A DNA stretch of 63,750 nucleotides, the filler included, from Olpidium bornovanus S191 (lineage: Eukaryota; Fungi; Olpidiomycota): NCBI GenBank assembly GCA_017911155.1. It is 27 parts of 27 records of this genome, joined end to end, with 100 filler letters (N's around TTAATTAATTAA, not from the genome) between each part and the next. Parts side by side here need not be neighbours in the genome. Positions count along the whole stretch, not along the records: positions 58,549 to 62,642 come from JAEFCI010003131.1; positions 62,743 to 63,750 come from JAEFCI010002639.1; 25 more parts are not named here. The stretch is one strand, 5' to 3'. The notes under the pieces were generated by a model. It saw only the letters and a list, made by a program, of their open reading frames with translations. It was not told the origin of the DNA and did no database searches. Below, piece by piece: positions 58,839-63,750 of the stretch; the stretch's first letter is position 1; every line of letters starts with the position of its first letter. A program made the translations under genes and the position numbers.

Positions 58839-61800
58839 CTACGCCTCGGACGAGACGTCGAGCGCGTTGTTCGCCAGCACCAACGCCTTAAACCCGACTC
58901 CGACTCTCCGCAGCTTCAGGCGGAGATCGTCCCGCTCCGCGCTGACCTTTTCGAGCAAGTCGGCGAACTCCTTCAGGCGCTGTTCCGCCCGCCGCTTCTC
59001 CGCTTCCGCCCGCTCGAGCCCCGTCTGCACCAGCGCCGCCTTCTCCAGCTGTTGGCCCGCCGACTCCTGCGCGCGGAGCATCTGCTCCCGCATCCTGGAG
59101 AGCGTGTGCTGCGCCGCCTGCGACGTGGCCAGGAGGTGCCGAAACTGCTCCCAAAACGGGAACGGGTGCCGCCACCGCGGGTCACACCTCGCCGTCCGTT
59201 CCTGCTGCTGTTCGCGGTGGAGCCCGTCTCGGGAGGAGCCGTCGGGCCTCTCGCCGATCCCGGTTGCCGGCGGAGCATCGTCGAGTTCCGGCGGGTAGGG
59301 CCTCGCCGGGCCCGGCGGACGGTAGACGAACCTGTCGAGCGGGCTGGCCGCCGGTTCCGGGGCAAGCGGCTCCGCATCGGGGGGGTCCCATCCCCCCGGG
59401 CCCTGCTGCTGTTCCGACTTGGCGAGGATTATCTGCCACATGCGTTCGTAGGCGGCGCCCGCCGCTTCCCACGCCCCGAGCTTCTTCTCCGCTCTGCTCA
59501 TCTGTTCCTTCAGCTCCGCGTGCCGACGATGCCACGCCTCGACCTGGGCCTGCTTCATTTCGCACGCTTCTCGGGCCTCGGCGGCGAGTCGGGCGTTGTC
59601 GTCTCGCAGTTTTTTCGCCTGCTCGATCATGGCGTCCACGTGCTTCGCCAACCCCGCGACCGCCTCCTGGGTCGCAGGTGTCCTGTCGGGATCCAACATC
59701 CTCAGGGTCCCTAAAAATGCTTCGGCCGGGTTCGCCGTGACCGCGTTCTCCGCGCTTCTGCCGTCGTGGCCGCAGTTGACGGCCCTCAGGTTTCCGGCGA
59801 TGACGTCGTTCAGCACCTTGATGGCCGTGGTGCTGAAACCTTCCGGCCGCCGGTCGCGCTGGCCGCCGCAGTCCGCGGCCGGCCGTTCCGCGACGGCTTC
59901 GGCGGCAACCTTCCACCGGCGACAGTCGACTTTCACGGAGTCCAACTCCGCCTTCAGGGAATCGACCAGCTCCTGCAGCTTCCGAGCCTTGAGCTCCTCC
60001 TCTTCCGCCCTGCGCTCGCAGTGTTTGACGTCGGCCTTCATCCGCTCCAGCGTCTCGGCAAGGAACGCCGACACGGACTCCGGTTCGCCGGCGGGCCGCA
60101 CGTGCGCCCTGCCTTCGGGCACCTGGGTCTCAATGCTGTCCTGGTCGACGGTGGTGGCCGCGTCCTGGGCCGCGAGCGCCGCACGGAGCCTGCCCACCTC
60201 CAGCTGCAGCTCGTGGATCTCCTCCTGTGCCGCCGCCTCCATCGATCGCCACGCCCGGGCCTCGTCCTCAGCCACCGCGACGAGGTGGTGGACCTCGGCA
60301 TCCTCCCTGGCCTTTTCCGCTTTTAACCTGTCCCGCTCCACCCGATCTCTCTCCCTTTCGACCTGCTCCCTGTCGCGTTCGATCACATCGCGCTCCCTGT
60401 CCCGCTCCCTCATGCGTTCCAGCCGCTCCCGTTCCCGTTCCCGCTCGAACTGCAGGGCATCCTTCACCTTCTTTAGCTCCGCTCGCAGCTCGCGCTCCCG
60501 TCCAGACGACTCCGCATCCCTCGTTTCCGCCCGCCGCTCCTCCGCCCGGAGCTCCTCCGTCGACCGCTTGACGGCTTCTGCCAGCTCTGCGGCCTTCTCT
60601 TCCGCAAGACAGCGGTGCGACAGCTCGTCCCGGACCTGCGCGTCCAGTTTCCGCCTGCGGTCCGCCTCTTCGTGCAGGCGCTGCTCGAACCGGAGGAGCC
60701 TCTCGCCGCGGCGAGCCGCGCTCGCCTCCGCCTCGCGGAGACGCCGGTTGGCCTCCAGGAGGCTCGCCTCTAAGTCGCGGATTCGCGCGTTGTCGTCCTC
60801 CGCCGCAGCAGTGGCCAGCGAGCCGCGAAGCCCCTCGGCAGAAGCCTGCGCGCACTTTTCACACGAAGGTACGGAGGGAATGTAGGCAATCGAAGGGTGG
60901 TGCACGGCCTGCCGCGATCGTAGTTCGGTATTCGTGGTCTGGGCCTTGGGCGAAATCATCGGCAGAACGTCTGATGTCATCCGAAGGGTAGGGTCCAGGG
61001 CCACAGTCTGCATGGCGGATGAGATGGTGGCGGGAGACTCGACCCTAGTATCCTGTGCTGCGCTGGAGACCATCAGCAAGGGATCGACGGTTTCGGTCTG
61101 AGTCATGGACGAGATCGTTTGGGAGGCCTCCAAAGACGCGCTAAGGGCGGGGTCCAGGTTCTCTGTCAATACGGCGGGCGAGACCACGGCGGGAACCTCG
61201 ATGCTTGTAGCTTGTGTTGCAGTCGAGACCACGGCGGGAGCCTCGATGCTTGTAGCTTGTGTTGCAGTCGAGACCGTCAGCGGAGGATCGGGCGTCTCAG
61301 TCCGGACCATGGACGAGATCATCGGAAAACGTTTTGTTGCCTCGTCAAGGCCAGAGTCCAGGGCATCAGTTTGGGTAGCGGACGAGAACGTGACGGGTGC
61401 CTGCTCGGCGTTCGGAACTTGTTCTGCGGGCGGGAGTGCCCCCGGAAAGTTCAGGGGTTCGGTCTGGGTCACGGCCGAAATCATCAGGGGGGAGTCTAAT
61501 GGTACCCGAAGGGCAGTGTCCACTGTCTGAGTCTGCGTGGCGGTTGAAACTGTGGCGGGAGTCTCGATGCTCGCGGCTCGCGCAGCGACCGTCAGCAGGG
61601 GATCGCGGGGCTCGATGTGGGCCGCCAAAAAGTCCGCCGCGACACCCGGCGAATCGGAAAGCCCGGCCGTTGCGTCGTGCGCTTCGCCCGAGACCGGCGC
61701 GGTCTGCGTCCCCGTTTCACAGGCTTGGACGGTCGGACCCTGCCGGCTTGGAGTCGCGCCGGAGGTCGCGGCGGCGGCGGCGGCCGCCGCCTCTTCGTAC

Positions 61801-62642
61801 CGCACAAGCTGCTTTTCCAGCCGCTGCTCCAGCTCCAGCAGCCTTGCGTTCTCCTTGCGGAGCACCTCGTTCTGCTCCTTCGTCACCGCGATCTCCACTT
61901 CTTGGCGCAGGCTGTCGCTCGACTTGGCCCTGCCCAGGACCGACAGGTCGGTCGTGGACGTCTGCCGCGACACCTGGCCTTGGAGCCTGCGCTCGCGCTC
62001 CAGCAGCCGCGCGTTCTCCTTGCGGAGCCACTCGCACTGCTCGGTGAGGGCGGCGGCCTCCGTCTCGCGGCGGGTGAGGGCGGTCTGCAGTTCGGCGAGC
62101 GAGTCCCCGGCGCGCTTGCGTTCGAGGCGGACCTGCTCCTCGCGCTCGACCGCCTCGCGCTCCTTGTCCGCCAGCATGGCCTGCAGCGCCGCGGCCTTGG
62201 ACTCGCAGGCCTCGTGCTTGGCGCGCTGCGCCTGCGCCGCCGACAGCGTCCGCCGCAGCTGGCCGAGCTCGTGGTGCAGCCGGTTCCGCTCGAACTCGAG
62301 CGTGACCACCTTGCGGAGGTACTTTTCCGCGACCGGCGGCGCGCCGCTCGGCGTCGCGTCCGGCTGCGGCTCCGGCTGCGGTTCGCCCGCGCCGCGCCGC
62401 GCGGGCGTCGCCGCCGCCGTCCCCTCCGGGGGCGCCGCCGTTCTTCCGCTTCGCGCGTCGCTGGCGGCCGGCAGGGACGCCTGGTCCGGCTGGAAGGGCT
62501 CCGCGGCCCGCGGCGTCGCGTCATGGCTTAACGGAGGCGTCTTGGCTCCGAGGGAGTGGAGATCGTAACCGCGGATGTGGAGGGACTCCGGCGCGGATTT
62601 TTCCTGGAAGTCCTCGAGCGGTCGCTGCTGACCGACCTGCTC
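58839..62642 (-). CDS. Large intronless coiled-coil protein (more than 1260 aa, 5' partial) with a central disordered TQT-motif repeat array; family not recognised
   Basis: The 1156-aa ORF stays open upstream to the contig edge at 62642. E/R/A/L-rich heptad segments flank a Ser/Thr/Pro-rich repeat region. Confidence 0.8.
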   Translation of the reverse strand, partial: EQVGQQRPLEDFQEKSAPESLHIRGYDLHSLGAKTPPLSHDATPRAAEPFQPDQASLPAASDARSGRTAAPPEGTAAATPARRGAGEPQPEPQPDATPSGAPPVAEKYLRKVVTLEFERNRLHHELGQLRRTLSAAQAQRAKHEACESKAAALQAMLADKEREAVEREEQVRLERKRAGDSLAELQTALTRRETEAAALTEQCEWLRKENARLLERERRLQGQVSRQTSTTDLSVLGRAKSSDSLRQEVEIAVTKEQNEVLRKENARLLELEQRLEKQLVRYEEAAAAAAAATSGATPSRQGPTVQACETGTQTAPVSGEAHDATAGLSDSPGVAADFLAAHIEPRDPLLTVAARAASIETPATVSTATQTQTVDTALRVPLDSPLMISAVTQTEPLNFPGALPPAEQVPNAEQAPVTFSSATQTDALDSGLDEATKRFPMISSMVRTETPDPPLTVSTATQATSIEAPAVVSTATQATSIEVPAVVSPAVLTENLDPALSASLEASQTISSMTQTETVDPLLMVSSAAQDTRVESPATISSAMQTVALDPTLRMTSDVLPMISPKAQTTNTELRSRQAVHHPSIAYIPSVPSCEKCAQASAEGLRGSLATAAAEDDNARIRDLEASLLEANRRLREAEASAARRGERLLRFEQRLHEEADRRRKLDAQVRDELSHRCLAEEKAAELAEAVKRSTEELRAEERRAETRDAESSGRERELRAELKKVKDALQFERERERERLERMRERDRERDVIERDREQVERERDRVERDRLKAEKAREDAEVHHLVAVAEDEARAWRSMEAAAQEEIHELQLEVGRLRAALAAQDAATTVDQDSIETQVPEGRAHVRPAGEPESVSAFLAETLERMKADVKHCERRAEEEELKARKLQELVDSLKAELDSVKVDCRRWKVAAEAVAERPAADCGGQRDRRPEGFSTTAIKVLNDVIAGNLRAVNCGHDGRSAENAVTANPAEAFLGTLRMLDPDRTPATQEAVAGLAKHVDAMIEQAKKLRDDNARLAAEAREACEMKQAQVEAWHRRHAELKEQMSRAEKKLGAWEAAGAAYERMWQIILAKSEQQQGPGGWDPPDAEPLAPEPAASPLDRFVYRPPGPARPYPPELDDAPPATGIGERPDGSSRDGLHREQQQERTARCDPRWRHPFPFWEQFRHLLATSQAAQHTLSRMREQMLRAQESAGQQLEKAALVQTGLERAEAEKRRAEQRLKEFADLLEKVSAERDDLRLKLRRVGVGFKALVLANNALDVSSEA

Positions 62643-62755
62643 NNNNNNNNNNNNNNNNNNNNNNNNNNNNNNNNNNNNNNNNNNNNTTAATTAATTAANN
62701 NNNNNNNNNNNNNNNNNNNNNNNNNNNNNNNNNNNNNNNNNNGGTTTTTTTTTCC

Positions 62756-62789
<34 letters not shown>

Positions 62790-62828
62790 GTTTCGCGGCG
62801 GTTCACCGGAACCCGCGCGCGCGCGGGG

Positions 62829-62867
<39 letters not shown>

Positions 62868-63369
62868 CGTTCGTCGCCGCCGGGGGCGTCAGTCGCGCGT
62901 CCCGCAAAAAAAAAAATGTAAACAAAGAAAATAAACGCGAAAAATTAAAATAATAATAAAACAAAAAGGAAAGTAAATAAAATGTCGTCGAACCAAAAAC
63001 CAAAATAAAAATAAAACAAAAAGGAAAGTAAATAAAATGTCGTCGAACCAAAAACCCAAAAAAAAGGCCGAAAACGGGAGAGGGCGCGCGGAGTGGGGCG
63101 GGGTGGGGTGGGGTCGGGTCGGGTGAGGAAGGGGGGAAAGTTGTGGAGAAAAAAAGGGAGGAAAGAGAGGGGGCGGAAGGGGAGAAGGGCGGCGCGGGTG
63201 GGGGAGAGGGAGGGAGAAAACAAAACATAATCAAATACGGGCAAGGGAAAATAGGAAATAAAAAAAACCACCGATTTTCTCACCCCTTCCGGCCCCCCCG
63301 TCCCCCCCTTCCCCCCCCGGCCACCCTCCCCCCTCTTTCATTTTTCTTTCTTTTCCCCCTTCTCCTCAC

Positions 63370-63483
63370 CCTCTTCCCCCTGAACTCGATCAGCTGGTCG
63401 AGCTCCGTCTTGTGCTGCGCGGCCTTCCGTTCCCACTTGCCGGCCTCGCCGTTGGCGTGCTCCACCTTCGCCGCTATTTCCGC
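63370..63483 (-). CDS. Isolated internal exon encoding a coiled-coil-like segment
   Basis: CAG|AEIAAKVEHANGEAGKWERKAAQHKTELDQLIEFRGKR|GTGAGG; 114 nt, phase 0 to phase 0. Confidence 0.4.
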
Positions 63484-63614
63484 CTGTGCAAAAACAAACG
63501 CACAATCCAAAAAGAAAAAAACGAAACGCGAAAAAAAGAGAACAAGAAAACGGAAACGCGCGGCCGCGGGAGAAGGGGAATGGGAGGGGGGGGCCGGGGG
63601 GAAAAAGGTCGCGC

Positions 63615-63661
<47 letters not shown>

Positions 63662-63664
63662 CAA

Positions 63665-63750
<86 letters not shown>

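Overview
Eukaryotic, intron-rich, GC-rich genomic DNA. It is not one chromosome segment: 27 unrelated short contigs (about 1-4.5 kb each) are joined by 26 artificial 100-bp spacers (N44-TTAATTAATTAA-N44), so neighbourhood across spacers means nothing and most genes are partial. By manual splicing I recognise RTT106, a COG2907-like FAD oxidoreductase, SPB1, NCB2 (NC2-beta), a Kre9/Knh1-like secreted protein, SNX41/ATG20, a PINCH-like multi-LIM protein, eIF5A, THOC1/HPR1, POL12, HSP90, RPS1 (eS1), TPS2, an SLC35F5-like transporter, the receiver domain of a response regulator or hybrid histidine kinase, KAP3, URC4 (DUF1688) and RRP9. There is also a decayed intron-containing SUI1/eIF1 pseudogene and several Ty1/copia and Ty3/gypsy-like remnants. 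Fungal-type genes together with the kinesin-II subunit KAP3 point to a flagellated (zoosporic) early-diverging fungus; Olpidium is my tentative guess and is not tested. Best leads: (1) an intronless coiled-coil ORF of more than 1260 aa with an array of TQT (dynein light chain LC8-type) motifs; (2) a bacterial UvrA N-terminal fragment inside a fungal contig; (3) a PINCH-like integrin-adhesome protein; (4) relaxed splice signals (many AAG acceptors, two GC-AG introns); (5) strong enrichment of CATG at contig starts, probably technical. I found no tRNA, rRNA, CRISPR array or prokaryotic operon, and I cannot support a multi-gene novel system from this window.
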